IMG/VR virus record: IMGVR_UViG_3300027573_000023
Location: 1 to 64,000 of that record
From: a virus
Length of the DNA stretch: 64,000 bases
Direction: 5' to 3' (one strand)
Each line of letters opens with the position of its first letter. Within the stretch, counting starts at the first letter, position 1. The notes beneath the pieces were generated by a model that saw only the letters and a list, made by a program, of their open reading frames with translations, made no database searches and had not been told where the DNA came from. Made by a program: the position numbers and the translations under genes. This document shows positions 28,101-35,117 of this stretch, in pieces.

Positions 28101-30457
28101 CACAAACAGCTAATACAATTTTTGCAGGACCTACAGCTGGAGGAGCACTTGTTCCAACTTTTAGAGCTATGGTGTCTGCAGATATACCTAGCTCAGTAGC
28201 ACTTGCAGGAAGTCCAACAACTACTACCCAAACAACAGGAGATAATAGTACTAAGATTGCTACCACTGCCTTTGTAGCAAATGCTATGGGTAGTTTTGTA
28301 ACTTTAGGTACTGCTCAAACAATTACTGCAATTAAGACCTTCTCTACTTATACAGAGATGACTGGTATACTGTTACCTGCTACTGATTTTACAATTGCTT
28401 CAGCAACAAGACCTTCTATTGGCTCCAGCCCTACTCATGATGTGACAATAAGATCAGGCAATACCTTATCAAGCACTGCTGTTGCAGAACTAGATACTTC
28501 TTTATTAACAGTAAACAGAAAATATACTTTTCAAAATGGTAGTGGTACTCTTGCTTTTACTTCAGATATACCAGCAGGTACAGGAGGTACTGTAACATCA
28601 GTTGGAGTTACTACTCCTATAGGAACTGCAGGTACTGCTCCAGCCTGGTCTGTAAGCCAAGCTAGTCCAGCTCCAGTAATTACATTAAATATACCAATGG
28701 CCAGTGCTACTGGTGTTACTGCAGGATTACTGTCCAAAACTGATTATGATACCTTTAATGGTAAAATCAACTTTGCTTCTACCATCACTGGTTTTGCAGT
28801 AGGATCAAATACAACTGTGACAAGTTCAGACAGTTTAGAAGTTGCTATTGAGAAATTACAAGGGCAAGTAAATGCTAGACAAGCTACAATAACTAATCCT
28901 GTAACAGGATTAGGAACAGGAGTTAATGGTACTATACCAAAATGGACTGGAGCAAATTCATTAGGTAACAGTGTCCTGTCTGAAACTGCTTCTCTTTTAA
29001 CTTCCACACTTGATATGACTATCAATAGTGTGAGAACAGGTAGAGGTATCAGTAGTAGTAATGCCAACAATACAGTATTTGGTGCACTTGCTTTAAACTT
29101 ATGTACTGGTTGTGGTAATAGCACAGCAATTGGTTATGGTACTTTAGCAGCTGTTGTCAGTGCTAGTGAAAATACTGCTCTTGGTAACAATGCATTGGGT
29201 GCCAATATAGCCTGTTGTAACATAGCAATTGGACATCAGACCCTTACTGGTATTAATAATGCTGCATCCATAGAAAATGTTGCTATTGGAAATCAAGCTG
29301 GATATCAAACAATTACTAGTGCAGTTAATACAAATTCTATTAAAAGTGTTTATATAGGTCATGCTATAAGAACTGCTGCAATAGGTAGTGATAATGAAAT
29401 AGTAATAGGAAATAGAGCAGATGGTGCTGGTACAAATAGTGTTACATTAGGAAATGCAAGTATACTAAAAACTATTTTAAGAGGTAGAACACTTATAAAT
29501 GGTGCAGTTGATTCTACAACTCATGCTTTACAGGTTCTTGGAACAGCTAATGCTGGAGTAATGACTATTGATATGCCAGCTGTAACTAATAACCCACCAG
29601 CTGGAGTTCCTGATGCTCTTTTTATAACTGTAAGAGGACACAATGGTGCCTCAACGAATTATACCTCAGGAATAGGTGTTGTTATAGGTGGAAATCGTTC
29701 TGGTGGAATTTATGTAGCAAACTCTGCCTCATCAGCAGACTCAACCAATTCATTTGCTGTTGATGTAGAATTTAAGGCTAACTCAACTAGCAATACTGCT
29801 TTTAGAGTAAGAAAAGGAACCACAGTTGTCTCCAGCATATTAGATTCAGGGGCTGCTTTCTTTGAGCAACTGAGATACACAAGAGGAATTGAAAATACTT
29901 CTAATGCAGATACTATTCTTGATGCTGGTTTTTATCTTGTAGATAATGCTTCTATTACTCTTAATCTTCCTGGTGGAGGATGGTGGTATCTTACAGTTGA
30001 AAGACATACTACAAATAATTATGTCCACCAGACAGCAACATCATTTGGAGCAGGCAATACAGCAAATCAAGTATTCACAAGAGTTCTTAATGGTGGTGTA
30101 TGGACAGCATGGGTACAAGTAGTAACTCAACCAAATGGAATGAAAGTATGGAGAGGAACAATAACACAATCTTCAACAGGTAATCCAACTGTAGTTGAAT
30201 TTGAAAATACTTTTGGAGGAACAATTTCTTGGACAAGAACTGGTACAACAGGTTCTTATTTAGGTACATTAACAGGTATGTTTTCAGGCTCAAAAGGCTG
30301 GGTTCAGTGTACTCCTGGACTAACTAATGGAGTTATTCGTGCATACAGAACTACAGGTAGTCAAAATTCAATTACAATTCTTACAGCAACTGCCACTGGA
30401 ACAGCATCTGATGGTATTTTAAATGAATCATCAATTGAAATAAGATCATACCTATAA
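22133..30457 (+). CDS. Long tail fibre/adhesin (2774 aa)
   Basis: G/T/S/A-rich. Recurrent S.DWxTFNNKQ, GTVTSV and STKIATTAFV fibre repeats; N(T/S)A(I/L)G beta-helix-like repeats near 29070-29460; knob-like segment GFY...WWYLTV...QTATSF...FTR...WTAW near 29920-30120. Confidence 0.85.
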   Translation: MACNCTDSILSNCSNQDLLSLGAIIASLGCGPLGTNLTYMPSPTNGTILSSTGTPAFVPPVNAVNAGLMLPGQYLKLLNEVEVLSNKQNSMLNDGTGTKYPTVDAVNLFGLNILKVTASTGFIDRVDDFSMELIDPSTIHITASDPGAFVRSKLFATPPIFPADAVVNITERDYLASSLTLPAADGRYFRFIGYNYYDDSIVNSPTSYYLLDSIVQLAYVEVLRSGGVNTFTVLQMEPDLSTTALFETVMIANQTTVVVVPNIPPGLTINSTQGLIKAHTINWGTIVGNLHIKVHPAEEPASFLIIDRSYIDTATPVLPTTNVNVSQYWNPITQLRETIPNPINNCTIQRWLLTLDGRLIQQLGDKIYTSKANAEKDLPSATFENIFPSDIAIEICKMIAVKNATDLTDLTKVQFYYGGGGGGGSSAGATTLDSLVDVEIVNPLDAHVLTYETSTQLWKNKPPVGGGGGTITGTGTPGVHAMWTGPTALADSSISETASLITLGLNTTVSGALIANSFSVPLGSSSQFLKANGSLDSNVYALDSALSGKQDFIIAGTALQYYRGDKTFQTLNTLAVPELTNLYYTEARVSANTDVAANTAARHAAVTLGTANGLSLAGQVLSMDLADTDTTGALSFTDWNTFNNKQSSIGFTPVPNTRLINTTSPLQGGGNLTADRTISIPVATGSADGYLSSTDWSTFSGKEPPIAAGTAAQYYRGDKTFQTLNTSIVPELTNLYYTEARVSANTDVVANTAARNKWDGSAIVTPGDAAAARTSLGATTIGGNIFTSANPSAITFLRANATNTVSWLSASAFRTAIGAGTGNGTVTSVSVTLGTTGTDIAFSVATPNSTPAITLNIPTASGSNRGALSSADWTTFNNKQPGDVGLTSLAGLAFTSVGFVKQTALDTFAIDTNTYALSSSLAGKQDALTGPGLVKAVAGVITYVTDNSTNWDTAYTDRMKWDGGSTGLNAATGRTSLEATVLGTSIFKSLDTPTSIRFLQANADNTVSWLSDSQFRTAIGVGTGTVTSVTGTGTVSGITLTSSGTTAVTLTLGGALSLALDGLSDVAVASPTDAQVLVYEQSTLLWKNKTIATGGGTVTSVALTMPSIFSVGGSPVTGAGTLATTLVSQTAKTFFAAPNATDDVPAFRLIVSSDIPTLNQSTTGSAGFLSPGANIQGVLFTGATNINIINGTGFVKASGTTITYDSNTYLTANQSIVLSGDVSGTGSTAITTAIGANKVTLAMMAQITTDSFLGRDTTGTGNVEVLSVATVKTLLGISGTNTGDQTITLTGPVTGSGTGSFATTITDKAVTLAKMADMATASFLGRNTAAVGVPEVLSIATAKTMLNLSGNNTGDQTITLTGDVTGSGTGSFAATIANKAVTLAKMADIATDSFLGRDTTGTGVVEVLSVSTVKTLLNLTGTNSGDQTITLTGDVTGSGTGSFAATLSNTGVTANTYNNVTVDAKGRVTAGSNVAYGTGTVTSVTGSGTIAGITLTQGGTAAAITLTLTGALVATGAAFGSKTATYVLAAPTASAGTPDFRPLVAADIPTLAPINSPTFTGVPLSTTPTAGDSSTKIATTAFVAAAITTAGGITFASAIPTFTAGPNSTVVTGDTLEVGLEKLQGQIDNKQALDSTLTELAKLAWVSGTPFVKMNSDSTFSLDTNTYFIVTSQSPNQIYAGPASGSGTPLFRTMVTADIANNIVTLAKLATIATNRILGRVTASTGNVEVLTPANVLTILGATTTGTALLTAPANTLTNKFLQVNVDSTVTWNAAPAQRTALGATTLGANIFTSPNITLSDKFPRANYLDNTVSWLDAAAMRVALGVGTGTGSVTYVDALAIDSVGTDITSSVANPTTTPVITLNIPDASVSSRGALTSTDWSTFNNKQEILDGTGVVKSAAGTIEYLVDTTVGRNILTSTDPTAITFLRANADNTVSWLTASAFRTAIGAGTSSTSGTVTSVGLALPSIFTITVSPISSSGTLTATLATQTANTIFAGPTAGGALVPTFRAMVSADIPSSVALAGSPTTTTQTTGDNSTKIATTAFVANAMGSFVTLGTAQTITAIKTFSTYTEMTGILLPATDFTIASATRPSIGSSPTHDVTIRSGNTLSSTAVAELDTSLLTVNRKYTFQNGSGTLAFTSDIPAGTGGTVTSVGVTTPIGTAGTAPAWSVSQASPAPVITLNIPMASATGVTAGLLSKTDYDTFNGKINFASTITGFAVGSNTTVTSSDSLEVAIEKLQGQVNARQATITNPVTGLGTGVNGTIPKWTGANSLGNSVLSETASLLTSTLDMTINSVRTGRGISSSNANNTVFGALALNLCTGCGNSTAIGYGTLAAVVSASENTALGNNALGANIACCNIAIGHQTLTGINNAASIENVAIGNQAGYQTITSAVNTNSIKSVYIGHAIRTAAIGSDNEIVIGNRADGAGTNSVTLGNASILKTILRGRTLINGAVDSTTHALQVLGTANAGVMTIDMPAVTNNPPAGVPDALFITVRGHNGASTNYTSGIGVVIGGNRSGGIYVANSASSADSTNSFAVDVEFKANSTSNTAFRVRKGTTVVSSILDSGAAFFEQLRYTRGIENTSNADTILDAGFYLVDNASITLNLPGGGWWYLTVERHTTNNYVHQTATSFGAGNTANQVFTRVLNGGVWTAWVQVVTQPNGMKVWRGTITQSSTGNPTVVEFENTFGGTISWTRTGTTGSYLGTLTGMFSGSKGWVQCTPGLTNGVIRAYRTTGSQNSITILTATATGTASDGILNESSIEIRSYL
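23795..24398 (+). repeat. Internal duplication in tail fibre (~48 aa unit, two copies 459 nt apart)
   Basis: AGTA(L/A)QYYRGDKTFQTLNT..VPELTNLYYTEARVSANTDV.ANTAAR at ~23795 and ~24254. Confidence 0.85.
25780..26470 (+). repeat. Tandem 71-aa (213 nt) repeats in tail fibre
   Basis: GDQTITLTG(P/D)VTGSGTGSFA.TI..KAVTLAKMAD units start at 25979, 26192 and 26405, with a diverged copy upstream. Confidence 0.85.
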
Positions 30458-30477
30458 CAATTTAAAAAATAATAATC

Positions 30478-32526
30478 ATGGGCATACCTAACAAACAAAT
30501 AGGATGGAGTCAGGAAAGTAACCTGCTCTGGGAAGTCTCCAAAGAATTACAACGCTTACAAAGTATTCTTGGTAGTGGTAGTTTGAATACTTTTAAAAGC
30601 TTAACTGTTCTTGGTACTTCTGGACCAGCATCTCTCACAGATGGTGTGTTAAACATTCCTATATATACAGCAGGAGGTGGGGGTGGTGCGCTTGGTACAG
30701 CTTCAAATGGTTTATCTGTAGCACCAGCAGGTAATGTTATATTGGGAGGGCCACTCACTGGTAATACAACTATTACTGTAGGAGCTTTTCTTTTAGCACT
30801 TACAGGTAACTCACCTACATCTATACTAAGAGTTACAAACAGCAGTGCTACTACTGGATCACATGGTATTCAAGGAGTATCTGGTGGTACAAATAGCTAT
30901 GGTATTTCTGGAGTGAATACTGGAAGTGGGGTAGGGGTGTATGCAGAAAGTTTTACAGGTACTGCAATAAGAGCAGTGTCACAGCAAGGTAATATTATAC
31001 TTGATGGAACAATTACTCCTGCTAATAATAGCACTGTTCTGCCAATGATAAGACTATTCAGAGATTCATCAGGTGCAGGAGCTGTAAATGGGATAGGATC
31101 AAGTATTGATTTTTATCACAAAGTAGATATTGGAAATACTGTAATTGCAAATAGATTAATATCAAGATGGACTAATACTATAAGTTCTCAAAGAACTTCT
31201 GAAATCTCTTTCACTGGCTATTATAATGCTGGACTTAGAGATTTGATTACTCTGGCAGGAAGTGGATTAGTAAGACTAAATCAGTATGGTGTTAGTCAAC
31301 CTGCAGGAACTGTAGATGTCTCTGCATTTGCTTTAAATATAGATGCTTTAGGTAATGTCCTTCAGGTACCTATTCCAAGCACTGATTTAGGATATCTAGG
31401 AACTCCTTTTAGTGGAACAATAACAAGTAGTAGTGGTGATGATACACCAATTCCTATTGCAAGTCAATTTATAGCAGGATTAATGTCTGCTCAACTTTTT
31501 AATAAATTGAATTCCTTTGTAGACACTAATTATGTACACAGAACAGGAGATGAACCTATTGCTGGTATCAAAACATTCAGTTCTATTCCAGTTGCTCCAG
31601 GATATTCTATTACAGGAGGGGGAGCGCCTAACAGAGTGTTACTATCAGATGGTGGTACAGCAAGCTTTGTAGAAGTAACATCAGGTGGACAGACAGAGGT
31701 ATTCTCATGGAAATATGAAACAAATCTAGCAGCAACAGATCCTGGAAATGGTAACTTTAGAGGAAACAATGCTGTAGGTAGTGCAATAACACAACTTTAT
31801 GTGGATGATTTAACATCTGTTGTAATAGCAGATATATCAGCTATGTTTGCTAAAGTGAAAGGAGATTGGCTTATTCATATCCAACAAACAAATGATGCTA
31901 CAAGATATATACAGTTTAATACATCTACAGTATATGTAGACAATATTGGATGGTGGACATTACCTGTTACTTATATACAAGGTAGTGGTTTTCCTTTTAC
32001 TAATGGACAAGCATGTACTTTTGTTTTTGTTAATCAAAATGCTGGAGCACCTCCTGCCACAACTATATTTTCACTGGTAGACTACAACATACCACCTACA
32101 CCTGGTCTTAAGAAGTCTTTCAATACATTTATTGATACAGTTGATCTTGATGTAGGTGTATATAAATTTGAATGGTTATTTGGAGCAAGAAATCTTAGTG
32201 TGGTTCAGTCTGAACTGTCAATTGGTTTCTTAGGCACAGCTGCTGTCACTCCTAATAACATCAAGTTTTCGTGCAACGCACTCAAAGCAAATGATGTTGG
32301 TTCTCCAACAGCCTCCACTCAATCTTTTCAAAAAGGATTATTGAGTAGTGAATATATTATAACAGATAAGAATAATAGAAGCTCTGCAGCTTTTGCAATA
32401 CAGGGGACTATACGTATCTTTGTACCTGGTACACTTACTCCAGCAATATCTAGTGCTGGTTTGAATTCAGGTACAGCCATAATTGAAGATAGACAATTTT
32501 TTCAAATAACAAAATTCAATATATAA
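30478..32526 (+). CDS. Fibre/spike-like structural protein with N-terminal NKQIGWSQE anchor (682 aa)
   Basis: G/S/T-rich composition, fibre motifs (YVHRTGDEPIAGIKTFS; AGLMS..LFNKL), N-terminus shared with the next two ORFs. Confidence 0.7.
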   Translation: MGIPNKQIGWSQESNLLWEVSKELQRLQSILGSGSLNTFKSLTVLGTSGPASLTDGVLNIPIYTAGGGGGALGTASNGLSVAPAGNVILGGPLTGNTTITVGAFLLALTGNSPTSILRVTNSSATTGSHGIQGVSGGTNSYGISGVNTGSGVGVYAESFTGTAIRAVSQQGNIILDGTITPANNSTVLPMIRLFRDSSGAGAVNGIGSSIDFYHKVDIGNTVIANRLISRWTNTISSQRTSEISFTGYYNAGLRDLITLAGSGLVRLNQYGVSQPAGTVDVSAFALNIDALGNVLQVPIPSTDLGYLGTPFSGTITSSSGDDTPIPIASQFIAGLMSAQLFNKLNSFVDTNYVHRTGDEPIAGIKTFSSIPVAPGYSITGGGAPNRVLLSDGGTASFVEVTSGGQTEVFSWKYETNLAATDPGNGNFRGNNAVGSAITQLYVDDLTSVVIADISAMFAKVKGDWLIHIQQTNDATRYIQFNTSTVYVDNIGWWTLPVTYIQGSGFPFTNGQACTFVFVNQNAGAPPATTIFSLVDYNIPPTPGLKKSFNTFIDTVDLDVGVYKFEWLFGARNLSVVQSELSIGFLGTAAVTPNNIKFSCNALKANDVGSPTASTQSFQKGLLSSEYIITDKNNRSSAAFAIQGTIRIFVPGTLTPAISSAGLNSGTAIIEDRQFFQITKFNI

Positions 32527-33275
32527 TGACTGCAAATAAACAAATAGGATGGAGCCAAGAGGCTATCTTGCTCCATGGCGTCTCTAAACAACTAGAGCGT
32601 CTCGCTAGCATCATAGGTGCTAGTGGTGGTGGAGGAGGTACAACAATCCCCACAGACTTGACATATACTGCAAGTGCTACTAATGGTTTACTAACCAGTA
32701 GTACAGGAGTTCTTTCTCCTGCTACAATTCCTTTGGTAACAGGAAGTTTGGCTGGGTTAATGTCTCCTACAAGTTTCAATAAACTTGCAGCTCTACCAGC
32801 AACTGTACCAGTTACTACTGTATATACTTTGTCAGCTCTTATGTCAAGTATTGTTACTAATAGGGTGGCAGTACCTGGATGGTCCTTTCCTGTGACTGCA
32901 GGCAAGAAATATAAAATAGAGATATCTGCACTCTACCAGACTGCTGCAGCTACTACTGGAGGAAGCATAGGTGTTGTTCTAACTTCAGGAACTGGTACAA
33001 TACAAGGTTATTTGGAAGGAGATGTGTCTACAGCTGCTGCAGTAGCAACAGGATTGAGAGGAACTATATCAGCTATAAGTAGTAGTAATGGTTTAGCAGG
33101 TAGTTCTATATTCACAACAGGTTCTGCTTCAATTAATACACCTACCTATATGGGTGGTATACTTACTTTTACATGTATTACTTCTGGTCAGTTTGAGGTT
33201 CAGTTTGCTACTGAGATAGTATCTAGTGCTGCTCAACTAAACGCAGGCAGTATAATGATAGTGACAGAATATTAA
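32526..33275 (+). CDS. Structural protein with N-terminal NKQIGWSQE anchor (249 aa)
   Basis: Same N-terminal motif and helix, Gly linker, beta-rich C-terminal domain. Confidence 0.7.
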   Translation: MTANKQIGWSQEAILLHGVSKQLERLASIIGASGGGGGTTIPTDLTYTASATNGLLTSSTGVLSPATIPLVTGSLAGLMSPTSFNKLAALPATVPVTTVYTLSALMSSIVTNRVAVPGWSFPVTAGKKYKIEISALYQTAAATTGGSIGVVLTSGTGTIQGYLEGDVSTAAAVATGLRGTISAISSSNGLAGSSIFTTGSASINTPTYMGGILTFTCITSGQFEVQFATEIVSSAAQLNAGSIMIVTEY

Positions 33276-33276
33276 T

Positions 33277-33284
33277 TATCTTTG
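33277..33284 (+). promoter_or_regulatory. Bacteroidota sigma-A -7 element (TATCTTTG)
   Basis: Matches TAnnTTTG, intergenic, 22 nt upstream of ATG 33307. No clear -33 TTTG seen. Confidence 0.5.
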
Positions 33285-33306
33285 TATAACTTAACAAATT
33301 AGAATC

Positions 33307-33444
33307 ATGCACTATCCAAATAAACAGATAGGCTGGAGCCAGGAGTCAATACTACTCCAGCAAATTATAAAGCAATTAGTTAGAATTAATAATCTTGCTG
33401 GAGGAGGTGGTACGCCTGCTACTACTACTAGTACAACTACATAA
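33307..33444 (+). CDS. 45-aa protein: NKQIGWSQE anchor plus Thr-rich tail (not in ORF track)
   Basis: Hand translation MHYPNKQIGWSQESILLQQIIKQLVRINNLAGGGGTPATTTSTTT; clear paralog of the N-termini of the two upstream ORFs. Confidence 0.85.
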   Translation: MHYPNKQIGWSQESILLQQIIKQLVRINNLAGGGGTPATTTSTTT

Positions 33445-33465
33445 GTAATTTAAAACCAACTACAT

Positions 33466-34482
33466 ATGAGAGAATTAGCATTTATAACTGTATGTCCAGA
33501 TGATCCTTACTATACATGGCAGGTTCATTTGTGGCTAGAGAGTTTAAGAGAAATTGGGCAATCAGATAAAGCTGTGGCCCTAATATTTACCCCTAATTAT
33601 AGGGAGCAGAACCCAAAGTGGAAGCAGGTAGTAGATTTATATCCTGAAGCCACATTCAAATTTTATAAAGATGAAGATGATGTTACCTCTCTTATTGGTA
33701 TTTATATCCCTGTGTTGCGACCTTACACGATGTGGAAGTTCCTAAGAGAGCATCCCCAATACAGTAGTAAAGCAATATTCTATTGTGATAGTGATATATT
33801 ATTCACAAAAGATTTTAATGTGGATAAATACTTAGATGATGATGTGCATTATCTATCAGATACAAATAGTTATATTAATGCTACATATTTTGACAGTAAG
33901 GTAAGAGATGTTATCCCTGAAAAGCTGGAAGAATATAAGGCTAGAGATATTCTCGCTGAACTAACCAGTCTAATAGGAATAGATAGAGCTACTTGTGAAG
34001 CAAACAATGATCACTCAGGAGGAGCACAATACTTATTAAAGAATATGGACAGTGCCTTTTGGTCTAAAGTAATGAATGATTGCATTTTGATACGCACATA
34101 TCTTCAGAAGATTAATAGAGAATTTTTCCTGTCTGAGGATGCTGGTTTCCAGAGTTGGTGTGCTGACATGTGGGCTGTTCTATGGAACCTCTGGTTAAGA
34201 AACCAGAAGACCATGGTTATACCTGAATTAAATTTTGCTTGGTCTACTGACCCTATAGATAAACTGGAAACTACTACTATCATGCACAATGCAGGTATAG
34301 TATCAGAAACAGGTAATGGTTATCCTGCCTTCTATAAAGGAAAGTATCATATGGGAGCTAATCCTATGCTTGATACACAGATAGATACAGTATTACAAAA
34401 CGAAAACTCTCAAAAATATTGCACTTGGTTCTATGCAAAAAAATTAAAAGAACTAAACGAGAAGTATAAATTAGTATATTAA
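33466..34482 (+). CDS. GT-A fold glycosyltransferase resembling HPAT/SRGT1 (GT95/GT96) peptide O-glycosyltransferases
   Basis: Ordered motifs YYTWQ, YIPVLRPY..WKFL, IFYCDSDILF (DxD), WCADMWA and late IMHNAG. No signal peptide or TM segment. Confidence 0.75.
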   Translation: MRELAFITVCPDDPYYTWQVHLWLESLREIGQSDKAVALIFTPNYREQNPKWKQVVDLYPEATFKFYKDEDDVTSLIGIYIPVLRPYTMWKFLREHPQYSSKAIFYCDSDILFTKDFNVDKYLDDDVHYLSDTNSYINATYFDSKVRDVIPEKLEEYKARDILAELTSLIGIDRATCEANNDHSGGAQYLLKNMDSAFWSKVMNDCILIRTYLQKINREFFLSEDAGFQSWCADMWAVLWNLWLRNQKTMVIPELNFAWSTDPIDKLETTTIMHNAGIVSETGNGYPAFYKGKYHMGANPMLDTQIDTVLQNENSQKYCTWFYAKKLKELNEKYKLVY

Positions 34483-34500
34483 CCCTAAAACAATTTTATT

Positions 34501-34701
34501 ATGTTCAATAATCTTAATAAGAAAGACTTAAAAGCTTTTGTCAGAATCGATGGTACTGGCAGAGTTGTTGCAGGTAGCTTAATCCTAAGAAAAAATAAGC
34601 CCAAAGTAGGTAAATGGAGAGAGATTCCAGCACATGAGTGTTGTCCACCACCAACTACTGCTGCTCCTGCAACTACCACAACAACCACTAGCGCAGCTTA
34701 A
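34501..34701 (+). CDS. 66-aa protein with basic N-terminal domain, CC motif and Pro/Thr-rich tail
   Basis: KAFVRIDGTGRVVAGSLILRKNKPKVGKWREI..HECCPPPTTAAPATTTTTTSAA. Confidence 0.8.
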   Translation: MFNNLNKKDLKAFVRIDGTGRVVAGSLILRKNKPKVGKWREIPAHECCPPPTTAAPATTTTTTSAA

Positions 34702-34706
34702 TCATC

Positions 34707-35117
34707 ATGGCACACGAATCTATTTTTCCACAGTCTATGATGGATAATGCAGAAATGTCCTTGGAAAGTGTGGCAGCTAAGCTGACATATTTTCAAGTAC
34801 AACTGCAATTTCTACATTGGCAGACTCATAGTTTTGCTGAACATCAGGCACTTGGGGGGCTCTATGACTTTGTAGGGAAACTAAAGGATGAGATAGTTGA
34901 GAAACTAATGGGCTATGCAAATAGAAGAGTAGGCAACTTTAGGCTAGAAGCTATTTCTAGTGGAGAAAGTTCATCGACTGTAGTTAATTCACTTGTTACT
35001 TTTGCCTATAACTTAATTGAATGGGCAGGAGAAAATCATTATTGTGACATTGAGAACCTGGCTCAATCTCTTTCTGGAGAGGCAGCTAAAACCAAGTATT
35101 TATTGACATTAACGTAA
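34707..35117 (+). CDS. Ferritin/Dps-like four-helix protein (DUF5856-like)
   Basis: LHWQTHSFAEHQALGGLYD...DEIVE...KTKYLLTL pattern of phage ferritin-like proteins. Confidence 0.7.
   Translation: MAHESIFPQSMMDNAEMSLESVAAKLTYFQVQLQFLHWQTHSFAEHQALGGLYDFVGKLKDEIVEKLMGYANRRVGNFRLEAISSGESSSTVVNSLVTFAYNLIEWAGENHYCDIENLAQSLSGEAAKTKYLLTLT

Noticed and set aside
102-32905. Many 60-285 aa ORFs on the - strand, or in shifted frames, inside the giant + strand genes
   Set aside because: They are antisense or shadow frames of long coding genes with biased codon use and have no recognisable motifs.
22133-33275. Diversity-generating retroelement or invertase shufflon acting on the fibres
   Set aside because: No reverse transcriptase or recombinase in the window; repeat copies differ at synonymous positions, not specifically at adenines, and are not inverted.
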